Below are positions 10,032-20,110 of a DNA stretch of 64,000 nucleotides, in pieces. The position numbers and the translations under genes are program-made. Positions within the stretch are counted from its first letter, which is position 1, and the number at the start of each line of letters is the position of its first letter. The notes below the pieces were generated by a model. The model saw nothing but the letters and a program-made list of their open reading frames with translations. It was not told the origin of the DNA and did no database searches. The stretch is from assembly GCA_964350985.1 (NCBI GenBank), contig CAYGLK010000001.1, forward strand, positions 292,528 through 356,527. Direction: 5' to 3'. The stretch comes from an uncultured Candidatus Saccharibacteria bacterium. GTDB taxonomy: Bacteria > Patescibacteriota > Minisyncoccia > Phycocordibacterales > UBA918.

Positions 10032-10197
10032 AGTGATGAGATTTTAACATACGATATAGACGTGGTCTATGAAATATCTACTTATGTATTACGTATTAGT
10101 AACTATGAGTAAATTAAAATACATACATAGACAAAAAGCTTTTTTTGTGTTATCTTTGTTTTTTATAAAAGTTTGAATAATCTAAATATCACTGGCT

Positions 10198-11727
10198 ATG
10201 TTAAGAAAAGTATGGAGTTACAAATATACTAAAGCTATCTTGAGTGTTTTGGCAGTGTTTATTTTAGCGCTAATTATTAGGGGCGGAAATGGTTCTGATA
10301 CTACTACAGCCAAAGACGAAAAATTCCCTCTGGTGACTGTAACAACACCGCTGGCCTATACAGATGCTGGTACCTTGTCTCTTATAGGCTCAGTCCGCGC
10401 TTTTACTGAAGCAGAGATCACTGCAGAAGTTGGTGGTCGGGTGACAAGTGTCAATGCAAAACTTGGTCAGCAAGTACAAGCTGGTCAAATTTTGGTTACC
10501 ATCGAAAATGCCAGTGAGCGCGCTCAATTACTTCAAGCTGAAGGAGTATACGAGGCTGCACAAGCCGCAGCCGCATCAAGTGTTGTTGGTACCAAGGAGG
10601 CAGAGATAAGACTATCTGACGCTAAAAACACATTGTCTGTGTCTATTAGCACTGCATATACCACCGCTCAGAGTGTTGTAATAAATACTCTTGATAGTAA
10701 CTTTTACGCCGGACCAAACAGTACTTACCCTTCACTAAGAATAAATACTTTAGGAAATAGTGAATTTTTAAGAAGTGAGAGATTAGATTTTCAAACTGTA
10801 CTTCCAAAACTACAAAGTAATTCCCTCCTTGCTTCTTCTGAAGCCAATCTAAAAGAAACTGCAGAGTATGCAACTGTTCAACTTAAGCGAATTTTAACTG
10901 TTACTGATATCTTTTTAGATGTTGTAAATGATTTAAAAAACAACGACCAATTTACTGAACCACAAAAAACTCAACTCAATAGTGATTTAAATACAGCTCG
11001 AAGTTCTCTAGTTTCTACTATCAGCAACTTAGAAAGAAATCTCCTTGCACTTAAGTCAGCAGAAGAAGGTTTGGAGAAAGCTCAAATCAGTGCCACTGGC
11101 GGTATTGCTTCGGCGTCTGAAGCTCAACTTAAGCAAGCTTTAGGTTCTCTTAGAGCAGCTCAAGCTAATTATGCTAAAACAATCCTCCGAACTCCAATTA
11201 GTGGCACTGTCAACTCTATATCAATACAAAGTGGCGATTTTATTTCAGCGTTTACAAATGTAGCAGTTGTAGCTAACAACTCAGCTCTAGAAGTGGTTAC
11301 TTTTGTCGGTGATCTGGAAAGGAGTGTTTTGAACATCGGTGATAAAGTACTTATTGAAAATAACTACGAAGGTACCATCACTCAAATTGCCCCAGGGGTT
11401 GATAGTGCAACACGAAAGACAGAGGTACGTATTGCTACTGAGGATGCCAATATTAAAAATGGAGACACAGTAAAGATAACTAACTATAGTGAAGAAGCTA
11501 CCACTACCCTTAAAGAGATCAGGGTACCTCTAACAGCCGTTAAGTTTGAGATTGAAGACGGCTCTATCTTTACAGTTCGTGAAGGTAAGTTGGTAAACCT
11601 GCCAGTAAAACTAGGGAGCATTAGCGGCAACTCAGTTGTTGTTTTAGAAGGACTTAGTGCCAATGATGAGTTTGTAGTTGATGCGCGTGGCTTGTTAGCA
11701 GGGACTCAAGTTGAAGTAAAAAATTAG
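10198..11727 (+). CDS. Efflux RND transporter adaptor (membrane fusion protein)
   Basis: N-terminal TM, lipoyl half-motifs (G.V..V....GQ.V..GQ.L and LRTPISGTV), long helical hairpin; directly upstream of an RND permease. Confidence 0.88.
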   Translation: MLRKVWSYKYTKAILSVLAVFILALIIRGGNGSDTTTAKDEKFPLVTVTTPLAYTDAGTLSLIGSVRAFTEAEITAEVGGRVTSVNAKLGQQVQAGQILVTIENASERAQLLQAEGVYEAAQAAAASSVVGTKEAEIRLSDAKNTLSVSISTAYTTAQSVVINTLDSNFYAGPNSTYPSLRINTLGNSEFLRSERLDFQTVLPKLQSNSLLASSEANLKETAEYATVQLKRILTVTDIFLDVVNDLKNNDQFTEPQKTQLNSDLNTARSSLVSTISNLERNLLALKSAEEGLEKAQISATGGIASASEAQLKQALGSLRAAQANYAKTILRTPISGTVNSISIQSGDFISAFTNVAVVANNSALEVVTFVGDLERSVLNIGDKVLIENNYEGTITQIAPGVDSATRKTEVRIATEDANIKNGDTVKITNYSEEATTTLKEIRVPLTAVKFEIEDGSIFTVREGKLVNLPVKLGSISGNSVVVLEGLSANDEFVVDARGLLAGTQVEVKN

Positions 11728-11729
11728 TT

Positions 11730-14700
11730 ATGTGGGAATTTTTTATTAAGAACAATCGCTTCACGTATTTGATTTTATTAGCCTTAATGGGTATTGGTAC
11801 TTACTCATTAGTTGCAATACCAAAAGAATCTTCACCTGAGGTGGTGATTCCTGTTGGAATAGTGACTACTACTCTACTTGGGGCACCAGCTGCTGATATA
11901 GAATCATTAGTGACTAATGAGGTTGAAAGAGGTCTAACAAATCTTGAAAATGTTTCCAAAATAACTTCCACTTCTAGAGAAGGATTGTCTTCTGTCGTGG
12001 TTGAATTTGAAGCCTCAGCTGATTTGGACGAATCTATTGCCGATCTTAAAGACGCTGTTGATCGTATAAAGCAAGATTTACCTTCTGATGCTAACGACCC
12101 TTTCGTGTCTGAAGTTAATTTTGTTGACCAACCGATTTTAACCATTGCTGTCGCTTTAGATATTAGCGACACTGACTTCACTGCTTTATCAAAAAAAGTG
12201 GAAACAGCTATTGAGTCAGTTAGTGGTGTTTCCCGAGTAGAAGTAAGTGGGGTTAGAGACCGGGAGGTTGCGATTATTGTTGATCAAGCGTCTTTAGCTA
12301 GATTCGACCTATCTCTTAGTGAGATTATTAATGCAGTGAGAAACTCCAATCTTACTTTACCAATCGGACAGATTGTAAATGACGGAGTATCGTACAACGT
12401 TGCTTTTGAGGGAGATATTAATGACACTTCAGAGATTAGAAACATTGCTATCACAACCCGTGGTGGCCAACCGGTATTTTTAAAAGACGTTGCTGTTATT
12501 GAAGACGGCTTAGCTCCGGCTACTAGAATTTCTAGACTAAGTGTAGAGCAAAAACCATCAGTTCACTCAATTGCATTTGATGTATATAAGAGATCTGGTG
12601 GTGATATCACAGTGATTGCCAATGAAGTGAACCGACTGATAGAAGATCTCAAGCAGCCAGAAGGTATTTTGGCTGGAGCAACCACAAAAACTATTCTTGA
12701 TGCCGGTAATCAAATTAAAAAAGATCTAATTAGACTCTCCAGTTCTGGTGTACAAACTGTCATTCTAGTAGTCCTTCTCTTGATAGTTACTATTGGCTGG
12801 CGCGAAGGGTTTTTGGCTGGTCTAGCTATTCCTCTCTCTTTCCTGTTTGGTTTTATTGGACTTTATTTTTCAGGTAATACTATCAATTTTCTCAGTCTTT
12901 TTTCTCTCATTTTGGGTATTGGTATTTTAGTTGACTCAGCGATTGTGGTGGTAGAGGGAATAAACAAAAAAATGAAAGACAATCCCCTGATTGACAAACT
13001 AGAGGCAGCAACCCAAGTTACCAAGGAATTTTCTAGTCCAATTATTTCAGGCACACTGACGACAGTATCTATGTTTGTTGGGCTCTTTATTGTCTCTGGT
13101 GTGATTGGTCAGTTTATCTCGAGTATTCCCTTCACTCTAATCTTCTTACTTTTTGCTTCATTATTTGTTGCTCTGGCAATGTTGCCTTTATTTGCAGCTA
13201 CTTTTCTTAAACGACGCAGTGCTACTAAATTTGAGCAGAAACAAGTTGAGTATGCTCATGCGGCCGAGAGTAAATATAGAAAGTTTTTAGAATCATATCT
13301 AGATGATTCTAAAAAACAAGATAAGTTCTTAGCCCTGATATTTGCACTTCTGGTACTCGCTCTCTTCTTACCGGTAAACTTATTCGGCGGTATTATTGCA
13401 GCTCCAATTACTTATATAGTATTAGTCAGGTTAGCTACCTATCAACGTCAAAAGGGTTTTGGTAGTTTGAAACGCTCACTTATCTTTATACCTACACTAT
13501 TTGTCACTGTAGCTGTTTCTTTTATGGTGGCTAATACTCTAGTCCCAGCACTTAATTTAGTAAAAGTGACCTTTTTCTCACAAAGTGATGTCGACTTTAT
13601 TATTGTTGAAGTTGAAAAACCAGAAGGAACAACTAAAGAAATCACTGATGTAGTAGTACGGAGAGTTGAGGAAGTTTTGTATCAAGAAAATGAAATTGAG
13701 TCATTTACTGTAACTGTTGGCAGCGGTAGTCAGTTTGTTGGTGGTGGCACTGGAGAAAAGTTTGCTAACATCTTCATAAATTTAAAGCTTGATCGAGAAA
13801 GAACCAGTACAGAAATTGTAGAAGACTTAAGAGATAAGTTTTCTCCCTTTAATGACGCTAGAGTGACTGTTAACCAACCGAGTGATGGACCACCAACGGG
13901 AGCAGCGATTATTGTGAAGTTTCTTGGTGATGATTTAGCGGAAATTACTAGACTAGCTAATCAATCGTCTCAAATATTTAGTTCTCTAGATAATGTGGTT
14001 AACGTTGAAACTAGTACCAATAACAATAGTACGGAGTTTGTCCTCGATTTGGACCGTGAAAAAGCAGCTTCACTTGGACTTAATCCCTTCGCTATCTCAC
14101 AGATTGCTAGAACCGCTGTATTTGGTACTGAAGCCACTTCTCTGACAACCTTAGACGAAGACATAAAGGTGATGGTTAAACTCAATGTAAATAATTCAAC
14201 TACCGTTCAAAATGATACAGCCAGTACCATGTCTATTGCTGATCTTTCTAATATCAGTATTCCAACCCAAAATGGGGGTGTTGCTTTGTCTGAGCTAGTG
14301 ACAATTAGTTTAAGAGAATCGAGTTCAGTGATAAATCACGAAGATAGAAAACGGGTGGTGACAGTAACAGCTGACGTTACTGGAGATGGTAATGCACGTG
14401 AAATTCAAGCGATGGCTCTCGAGCGCATCAATAATGAACTAGATGTGCCAGATACGGTGATTATTAGTACTGGCGGGGGTGAGTCTGATGAATCAAACCA
14501 AGCTTTTGCCGAAATGCTTTTCGCCTTGATTGTCGGTATAGTTTTAATGGTTGGAGTATTAACTCTGCAATTTAATTCATACCTCCACATGCGCTACGTT
14601 CTATCAATTTTGCCATATTCGCTTATTGGTATTATGTTTGGTCTAGCTATCACTCAGAACCCTCTCTCCTTCCCTTCTATCATGGGCTTTATTGCACTGT

Positions 14701-14996
14701 CTGGTATTGTAGTAAATAACTCTATCCTACTGATTGATAGTATGAACCAAGCTAGGCGCAAGTATCCGGAAATGCCAATCAAGGATGTTGTCTTGGACTC
14801 AGCTAGCAGTAGACTAAGGCCGATTCTCTTGACTACGCTAACAACAGTCATCGGTATGATACCGCTAACTTATGCGGGTGATCTTTGGGCACCACTTGCT
14901 TATGCGGTGATGTTTGGACTGGCCTTTTCTGTGGTCATTACATTGATTCTAATCCCTATTATCTACAGTAAGCGACCAGGAACTCTGACAAAGTAA
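11730..14996 (+). CDS. Efflux RND transporter permease (AcrB/AcrD/AcrF family)
   Basis: Two large extracytoplasmic domains, GILVDSAIVVVE, GIVVNNSILL, RLRPILLTTLTT. Confidence 0.93.
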   Translation: MWEFFIKNNRFTYLILLALMGIGTYSLVAIPKESSPEVVIPVGIVTTTLLGAPAADIESLVTNEVERGLTNLENVSKITSTSREGLSSVVVEFEASADLDESIADLKDAVDRIKQDLPSDANDPFVSEVNFVDQPILTIAVALDISDTDFTALSKKVETAIESVSGVSRVEVSGVRDREVAIIVDQASLARFDLSLSEIINAVRNSNLTLPIGQIVNDGVSYNVAFEGDINDTSEIRNIAITTRGGQPVFLKDVAVIEDGLAPATRISRLSVEQKPSVHSIAFDVYKRSGGDITVIANEVNRLIEDLKQPEGILAGATTKTILDAGNQIKKDLIRLSSSGVQTVILVVLLLIVTIGWREGFLAGLAIPLSFLFGFIGLYFSGNTINFLSLFSLILGIGILVDSAIVVVEGINKKMKDNPLIDKLEAATQVTKEFSSPIISGTLTTVSMFVGLFIVSGVIGQFISSIPFTLIFLLFASLFVALAMLPLFAATFLKRRSATKFEQKQVEYAHAAESKYRKFLESYLDDSKKQDKFLALIFALLVLALFLPVNLFGGIIAAPITYIVLVRLATYQRQKGFGSLKRSLIFIPTLFVTVAVSFMVANTLVPALNLVKVTFFSQSDVDFIIVEVEKPEGTTKEITDVVVRRVEEVLYQENEIESFTVTVGSGSQFVGGGTGEKFANIFINLKLDRERTSTEIVEDLRDKFSPFNDARVTVNQPSDGPPTGAAIIVKFLGDDLAEITRLANQSSQIFSSLDNVVNVETSTNNNSTEFVLDLDREKAASLGLNPFAISQIARTAVFGTEATSLTTLDEDIKVMVKLNVNNSTTVQNDTASTMSIADLSNISIPTQNGGVALSELVTISLRESSSVINHEDRKRVVTVTADVTGDGNAREIQAMALERINNELDVPDTVIISTGGGESDESNQAFAEMLFALIVGIVLMVGVLTLQFNSYLHMRYVLSILPYSLIGIMFGLAITQNPLSFPSIMGFIALSGIVVNNSILLIDSMNQARRKYPEMPIKDVVLDSASSRLRPILLTTLTTVIGMIPLTYAGDLWAPLAYAVMFGLAFSVVITLILIPIIYSKRPGTLTK

Positions 14997-15010
14997 TCTG
15001 GTAATGATTT

Positions 15011-15544
15011 TTAAGCTGAAGGGCTAGAATCTTGTTCTAGTCTTTTTGCTTTTAGATAAGCCATTACACCATTTATCAAACTGATAGCAAAGAAGATTAG
15101 AGCTGCGTAAGCAAACAAAAAGACCCAGATGCTGATGTTAGTTATTCCTTGAGCCATAAAAGCAGCTAAAAAGCCGAGAGAATACCAACTAGAGGCTTGA
15201 ATCGCTGGGCCAAAGGTACTTGGCATTACTCTCTTGGTCATTAGAAACGCATTAAAAAATAACATAAAGACCAAAATTGCTTGGGCAATTATATAGTTTC
15301 CAAAAAATTCTGTTCCTATAGCACTGTACCCGATTGCAGCTACTGCTAATGCAGTGAATAAAATCACTCCCATCGCCACTCTTAAAACCGTATAAGTAAT
15401 ACCCATAAAGTTTCGTTCCGTCTCGTCAATCTTCCCGTCAGAAATAGCATAGAAGAAATTTAAGATGGCTAAAGTAGAACCTCCAACTCCTAAAGAAATA
15501 CCCATTGATTGCAGCACACCAACTAGAATTGTTATTGTTTCCAT
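15011..15544 (-). CDS. Hypothetical membrane protein
   Basis: 177 aa with about five hydrophobic helices. Confidence 0.65.
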   Translation of the reverse strand: METITILVGVLQSMGISLGVGGSTLAILNFFYAISDGKIDETERNFMGITYTVLRVAMGVILFTALAVAAIGYSAIGTEFFGNYIIAQAILVFMLFFNAFLMTKRVMPSTFGPAIQASSWYSLGFLAAFMAQGITNISIWVFLFAYAALIFFAISLINGVMAYLKAKRLEQDSSPSA

Positions 15545-15652
15545 GTCTATATAATAGCAAGTAAGTGAACTTTTTCTAACTGGCCTTGTTTACTACTGAA
15601 ATTGGCTAACCTACAAGTAACGTGTAAAATGTTATTACTAATATAAATTATT

Positions 15653-17002
15653 GTGTCATTTGATCATCAAAAAACAATTTATCGAGATTTTGATATTCGC
15701 GGAAAATATCCTGAGGAAATAACAGATGCTGAGGTCTATAAAATAGCTAAAGCGTTAAAAAAGCATTATGCAATTAAAAATGTTGCAATTGGATACGATA
15801 TCAGACCCTCGGCTGATAATTTATTTAATGCTTTAAGTAAAGGTTTTGTCGAAGATGGAGTTGATGTAATAGATCTTGGTCTATGCACAACACCAATGAC
15901 TTACTACATTGGGGGCACTTTAGATGTTGACATGACGGTAATGATCACCGCTTCTCATATGCCGTCAAACTATAATGGTCTCAAAATCACTGTTGAAGAC
16001 GCTAAACCGGTTACCAGCGACGTCTTGCAAATAATCCGAGATATTGTTGGAACACACACTTTCTCTGAAGCAGTGACTCATGGGGAGATTTCTAAGCATT
16101 CATTGCAAAAGGACTGGATAAATAAATTTAAAACCGATCACGATCTAACAGGATCAAAACTTAAAGTAGTTATAGACCCAGCTAACATGATCGGGGTGCT
16201 TGAAATTGACACTTTCAAAGCTTTCGAGCCGGACATTGAAGTTCACACTATTTTTGATAACTTTGATCACACCTGTCCAAATCACGAAGCCAATCCTATT
16301 AAACTCGAAGCACTTGAACCTTTAGGTAAAGAAGTTGTTTGCCTTGTGGCTGACTTAGGAGTCGCTTTTGACGGTGATGCTGACAGAGTAGGATTTGTCG
16401 ACGAAAAAGGAAATCCTGTACCAAGCGATTTAATCGGGACTCTTCTAGCTCGCTATATCCTCAAGAAATACCCGGGTTCAAAAATAGTCTGTGATATTAG
16501 ATCCTCAAACTCATTAGTTAAAGAAATTGAAAGACTAGGTGGTACTGCCATTCGTGAAAAAGTCGGTCATACAAATATTCGCACTAGAATGCGCAAAGAA
16601 AATGCCGCCCTAGGAGTTGAGCTATCTGGACACTTCTTCTTTAGAGACACTTTTTTCTCAGAAGGCGGTCCACTGCCGGCTTTTATAATAATGGAATTAC
16701 TTAAAAGTGAACAAAAAACTTTAAGTACTCTAATTAGTGAGATCAATCAATTTCACCACTCAGGTGAAATTAATAGCTCTATTACAAGACCTTCTGCACT
16801 TATTTATTCAGATATTGCCAAAGCTTTTCCTGAGTCAGTTGTTTCAAAATTAGACGGTCTTTCGCTTGAAAACAAAACCTGGTGGTGTAACGTTAGACCT
16901 TCCGCTAATGATCCCGTAATGCGCCTAAATGTTGAAGCAAATAATAAAGCAGAGATGGAGGCAACTAGGGACACTCTCCTGGAAATTATTAGAAGAAACT
17001 AG
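15653..17002 (+). CDS. Phosphomannomutase/phosphoglucomutase
   Basis: DIRG, ITASHMP (phospho-Ser loop), FDGDADR (metal loop), ELSGH, RPS..DP.MRLNVEA. Confidence 0.92.
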   Translation: MSFDHQKTIYRDFDIRGKYPEEITDAEVYKIAKALKKHYAIKNVAIGYDIRPSADNLFNALSKGFVEDGVDVIDLGLCTTPMTYYIGGTLDVDMTVMITASHMPSNYNGLKITVEDAKPVTSDVLQIIRDIVGTHTFSEAVTHGEISKHSLQKDWINKFKTDHDLTGSKLKVVIDPANMIGVLEIDTFKAFEPDIEVHTIFDNFDHTCPNHEANPIKLEALEPLGKEVVCLVADLGVAFDGDADRVGFVDEKGNPVPSDLIGTLLARYILKKYPGSKIVCDIRSSNSLVKEIERLGGTAIREKVGHTNIRTRMRKENAALGVELSGHFFFRDTFFSEGGPLPAFIIMELLKSEQKTLSTLISEINQFHHSGEINSSITRPSALIYSDIAKAFPESVVSKLDGLSLENKTWWCNVRPSANDPVMRLNVEANNKAEMEATRDTLLEIIRRN

Positions 17003-17493
17003 ATGATTTGGTAAGAAGTTGCAGAGCTCTCAGTCGCCCCTTGGGCTCCAAGTAAGCAACTGTTTAGTTCCTCTGTTTTAGTCCAGCCGCACGTTCCACT
17101 TACTTGTCTTTCACAGGTTGTATTAGGTTCTCGATAGCAGGCATATTCTTCCTTCCACTCACAGGTAGTAGCGATATCTTTTATCGAAGCATCTCCACAT
17201 AGCTGACTACTACAACCACCTACATAGCATTTATTATCAACTACAGGTTCTACAGGCTTAGGTTTAATTGGTTCTGGTGTAGTTGTGGCTGTGTTAATAG
17301 GCGCAGAGATGACTTCTGGTGTCTTTGGTAGCTCTGTATTAGGGTCAATAACAACTTCTGTTTCCAAACTATGAACTGTAGATTCCTCATACATGAACTT
17401 TATTGTGTTTAGAGACTGAAAGTATAAAAAAGTCGATACAAAAAAAGCGACCGCAAACACTAAGATTAAAATCTGGTCTTTGTTTAGTTTCAT
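16999..17493 (-). CDS. Membrane-anchored protein with an eight-cysteine domain
   Basis: N-terminal TM, Pro/Thr linker, then CYVGGCSSQLC...TTCEW...YACY....TCERQ..GTCGW......SC (8 Cys). Confidence 0.7.
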   Translation of the reverse strand: MKLNKDQILILVFAVAFFVSTFLYFQSLNTIKFMYEESTVHSLETEVVIDPNTELPKTPEVISAPINTATTTPEPIKPKPVEPVVDNKCYVGGCSSQLCGDASIKDIATTCEWKEEYACYREPNTTCERQVSGTCGWTKTEELNSCLLGAQGATESSATSYQII

Positions 17494-17524
17494 ATTTTTA
17501 TGAGGTTATTATACTAGAACTAAT

Positions 17525-17562
17525 ATAAAACAGCACCTGCTATTGTGCAGATGCTGTTTTAT
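17525..17562 (-). terminator. Intrinsic terminator
   Basis: ATAAAACAGCA-CCTGC...GCAG-ATGCTGTTTTAT inverted repeat downstream of 17590..18210. Confidence 0.6.
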
Positions 17563-17589
17563 ATACTTTTAGTTATTACTTCTTCTTTA

Positions 17590-18210
17590 CTATTTCTTCA
17601 CTGCCTTTTTGACAACCTTCTTTGGTTTTACTTCTTTTACCTTCGCAACCGGCTTTTCTTTTGGTTTTTCAGCTTTCTTTTCAGTCTTTTTTTCAGCAAC
17701 TTTAACAACTTCTTTCTTCGGCGCAGCTGTTTGTAACTTCCCTTCCAAACCTCTAATCATTTGAACAACTTCATTAAGCTTAGCGTCTAGAGAAGACATT
17801 TGTCTTTGTAGTCCAGCGATATCAAGCTGTTTACCCGGTGAGTTTTGTGGTCGTGTAAAGTCTGTTCTTGGTGTACTAGGTCGATCAAACTTTTGTCGAT
17901 CACCTTTTCCAAAAGTGGCTTCTGGTGATGCGTTTTTATTTGCAAAACATTCTTTACATAAAACAGGCTTTTCACCATTTGGTCTAAATGGTACTGAGCA
18001 ACTCTTTCCACAAGTAGTACAAGTTGCATCAAAAAGCTCTACATCTCGCTTTGGACGATCATCAAACCGGCCTCCACCATGACCACCTCTGTCATCATGT
18101 CGTGGCTTACTATCAAAACGTCTCTTTGGTCCATAATTAGCATCAGATTTCGGTCGGCCACCAAATTCAGTCTCTCGATTCCCTCGACCTCCCATGTTAA
18201 ATTTATTCAT
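17590..18210 (-). CDS. CxxC-x17-CxxC zinc-finger protein with G/R-rich N-terminus and Lys-rich tail
   Basis: ATCTTCGKSCSVPFRPNGEKPVLCKECF matches the CxxC-x17-CxxC pattern. Confidence 0.85.
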   Translation of the reverse strand: MNKFNMGGRGNRETEFGGRPKSDANYGPKRRFDSKPRHDDRGGHGGGRFDDRPKRDVELFDATCTTCGKSCSVPFRPNGEKPVLCKECFANKNASPEATFGKGDRQKFDRPSTPRTDFTRPQNSPGKQLDIAGLQRQMSSLDAKLNEVVQMIRGLEGKLQTAAPKKEVVKVAEKKTEKKAEKPKEKPVAKVKEVKPKKVVKKAVKK

Positions 18211-18259
18211 GCAGAAGATTATAGCACAGTTTTTCTATATTTCAAGTTAAAAATATAGC

Positions 18260-18820
18260 CTAGGAAAGTTTCACTTTGTCTGAAACTATTGGTTTTATGT
18301 ATTGTTGATACCTAGTGTCGGTTAATCCTAGCTTGTAGTTAATTCGATTAATCACAATGTTATAGATTTTGGCCGACTTCCCTTTTATCTCTATCTGAAT
18401 CCTGAAAGAAGCAGTCTTCCCTGCTAGGATTTTAGTATATTGCAATGTCCCTACAGTAACTTGGGTGACACCTTCACCTCGACTCGAGACACTAGCCCTT
18501 GATACTGAACCTTCTGCAGTTCCCTCTATGTGGTACATAAAACCAGTTGGTTTTCTACTTGAAGAGATACTAGTAGGTACAAAGACGGTTTCTTTCTTAG
18601 CTTTGATATCAATTAAAAGAAAAAATTTACCTTCAAATCTATCTGGTTTATCTTTTGTTTTAATTCTGTCAAAGCGGGCTTGATTCTTTTTTACTTTAAT
18701 TTGCACATATTCATCTAAGCCTGCTTTTTTATTTGCTTCAGCTAGCTGTTCTTGTAATCCATCCAACTTAGTAGTTAATTCTTTTAAAAGTTTCTTCTTC
18801 TCAGTTGATGTTTTTGCCAT
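18260..18820 (-). CDS. Hypothetical protein
   Basis: 186-aa basic ORF with TATAAT 6 nt before the ATG. Confidence 0.6.
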   Translation of the reverse strand: MAKTSTEKKKLLKELTTKLDGLQEQLAEANKKAGLDEYVQIKVKKNQARFDRIKTKDKPDRFEGKFFLLIDIKAKKETVFVPTSISSSRKPTGFMYHIEGTAEGSVSRASVSSRGEGVTQVTVGTLQYTKILAGKTASFRIQIEIKGKSAKIYNIVINRINYKLGLTDTRYQQYIKPIVSDKVKLS

Positions 18821-18890
18821 AGTTTTATTATAGAACTTTAAAAATAGAGAAATGGACTTTTAGCACATTTAAAGAGTTACTGGCTATGAA

Positions 18891-19240
18891 CGAGAAGATT
18901 CGGTTACTCTCATTGATTTTAGTGGTCACGAGTTACTAAGTATAATTTTGCACTTTGTGCAAATTCTACTAAGTACTCTCGACCCCGGCTCGGCCGTTTT
19001 AGCTTAATGAAAAGCTGAAACATGTCTCCGACTTCCACATCGAGAAGATTCGGTCACTGGTTACTAAGTATAATTGTTCGCTTCACTCCAATTCTACTAA
19101 GTACCATCGACCCCGACTCGCCGGCCCAATGGGTCCCCGGCTCATTACACAAGCAACATGAGTGGTTATTTATGTGGTCACGAATCACTAAGTATATTTT
19201 TTCGCTACGCTCTAAATCTACTAAGTGTTCTCGACCCCGA
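18891..19240. repeat. Three-copy degenerate hairpin repeat array downstream of tRNA-Ala
   Basis: Units GGTCAC..ACTAAGTATA..[hairpin]..TCTACTAAGT..TCGACCCCG start at 18924, 19052 and 19176. The tRNA 12-mer CGAGAAGATTCG is repeated at 18891 and 19041. Confidence 0.85.
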
Positions 19241-19308
19241 CGCACTCGTGGCAAAGCCACATCGTTTACGTCTTCCATTTCGATACGGAAGCAATGCCTA
19301 TTGCTTCC

Positions 19309-19353
19309 TAAACAAAAGAACCATCACTTTTAAAGTGATGGTTCTTTTGTTTA
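19309..19353 (-). terminator. Long palindromic terminator after tRNA-Ala
   Basis: TAAACAAAAGAACCATCACTT-TTA-AAGTGATGGTTCTTTTGTTTA, 21-bp arms. Confidence 0.75.
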
Positions 19354-19359
19354 TCGAAG

Positions 19360-19432
19360 TGGACCCGAGAAGATTCGAACTCCCTGCCTCCTCAGTGCAA
19401 ATGAGGCGCTCTACCAAGTGAGCTACGGGCCC
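19360..19432 (-). tRNA. tRNA-Ala (anticodon TGC), CCA not encoded
   Basis: GGGCCCGTAGCTCACTTGGTAGAGCGCCTCATTTGCACTGAGGAGGCAGGGAGTTCGAATCTTCTCGGGTCCA folds as a cloverleaf with the G3:U70 Ala identity pair and a TTCGAAT T-loop. Confidence 0.95.
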
Positions 19433-19470
19433 AGTTAAAACATGTGAACCCGCCTATAATACGAGGTCTG

Positions 19471-20085
19471 CTATTGTAAGTCAAGCTTAGAATCCGCATC
19501 AATCAACACCCAAGGAGCACTAGGGTTAGCTGAGTAATTTGAGCCAATCTTTATACCTACAGCAGTCCAGATTGCTTGTACAGCGCTCTTTGGAGAAATG
19601 AATACTGGAGAGCCGTCTTTGATGATTGGGTAGATTCTGTCAGCTCCAACATCATAGATAAATCCATGACAGTTTTCATTACTGACTTCATGTACTTCAC
19701 AGAAGAAGACAAAAGATTTATCCTGGCTTACTTTATAAGTAAGGTCACCATAGTGATAACCTTGAAGCATTCCGTCAACTTCAAAATCACCATTGTTTAG
19801 GGCTGGGTTGAAAGAAAGTAGGTTCTCTTCCCCGTTCACGCTTATTTTTAGTTCGCCACTGACATACTCTACTGAAGTGCCAAGTTCTATAGCTTCTTCT
19901 ACAACAGCTTCATTTACTTCCGGCAAAGTCGCTTCTACAACACTGGCTGTGTTTGCTTGTGGTAGGTAGACGACATTAGTCTCTTTAACTGGAAGTTGGC
20001 TACCAAAAAGAATAAAGGCTGTCACAAAACCGATTACATAGGATGCGATAACTACGATAGCTTTTTCATGTCTAGTTCCTTCCAT
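19471..20085 (-). CDS. Hypothetical membrane-anchored/secreted protein
   Basis: N-terminal TM and a beta-rich C-terminal part with a Cys pair. Confidence 0.6.
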   Translation of the reverse strand: MEGTRHEKAIVVIASYVIGFVTAFILFGSQLPVKETNVVYLPQANTASVVEATLPEVNEAVVEEAIELGTSVEYVSGELKISVNGEENLLSFNPALNNGDFEVDGMLQGYHYGDLTYKVSQDKSFVFFCEVHEVSNENCHGFIYDVGADRIYPIIKDGSPVFISPKSAVQAIWTAVGIKIGSNYSANPSAPWVLIDADSKLDLQ

Positions 20086-20110
20086 AAAAGATAACTTAAA
20101 TATTTAATAA

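Noticed and set aside
18891-19240. CRISPR array interpretation of the tRNA-adjacent repeats
   Set aside because: Repeats are ~65 nt and degenerate, spacers are structured, there are only three units, and no cas genes are in the window.
19022-19421. Track ORFs 19022..19333, 19054..19278 and 19158..19421
   Set aside because: They overlap the repeat array, terminator or tRNA and have no protein-like features.
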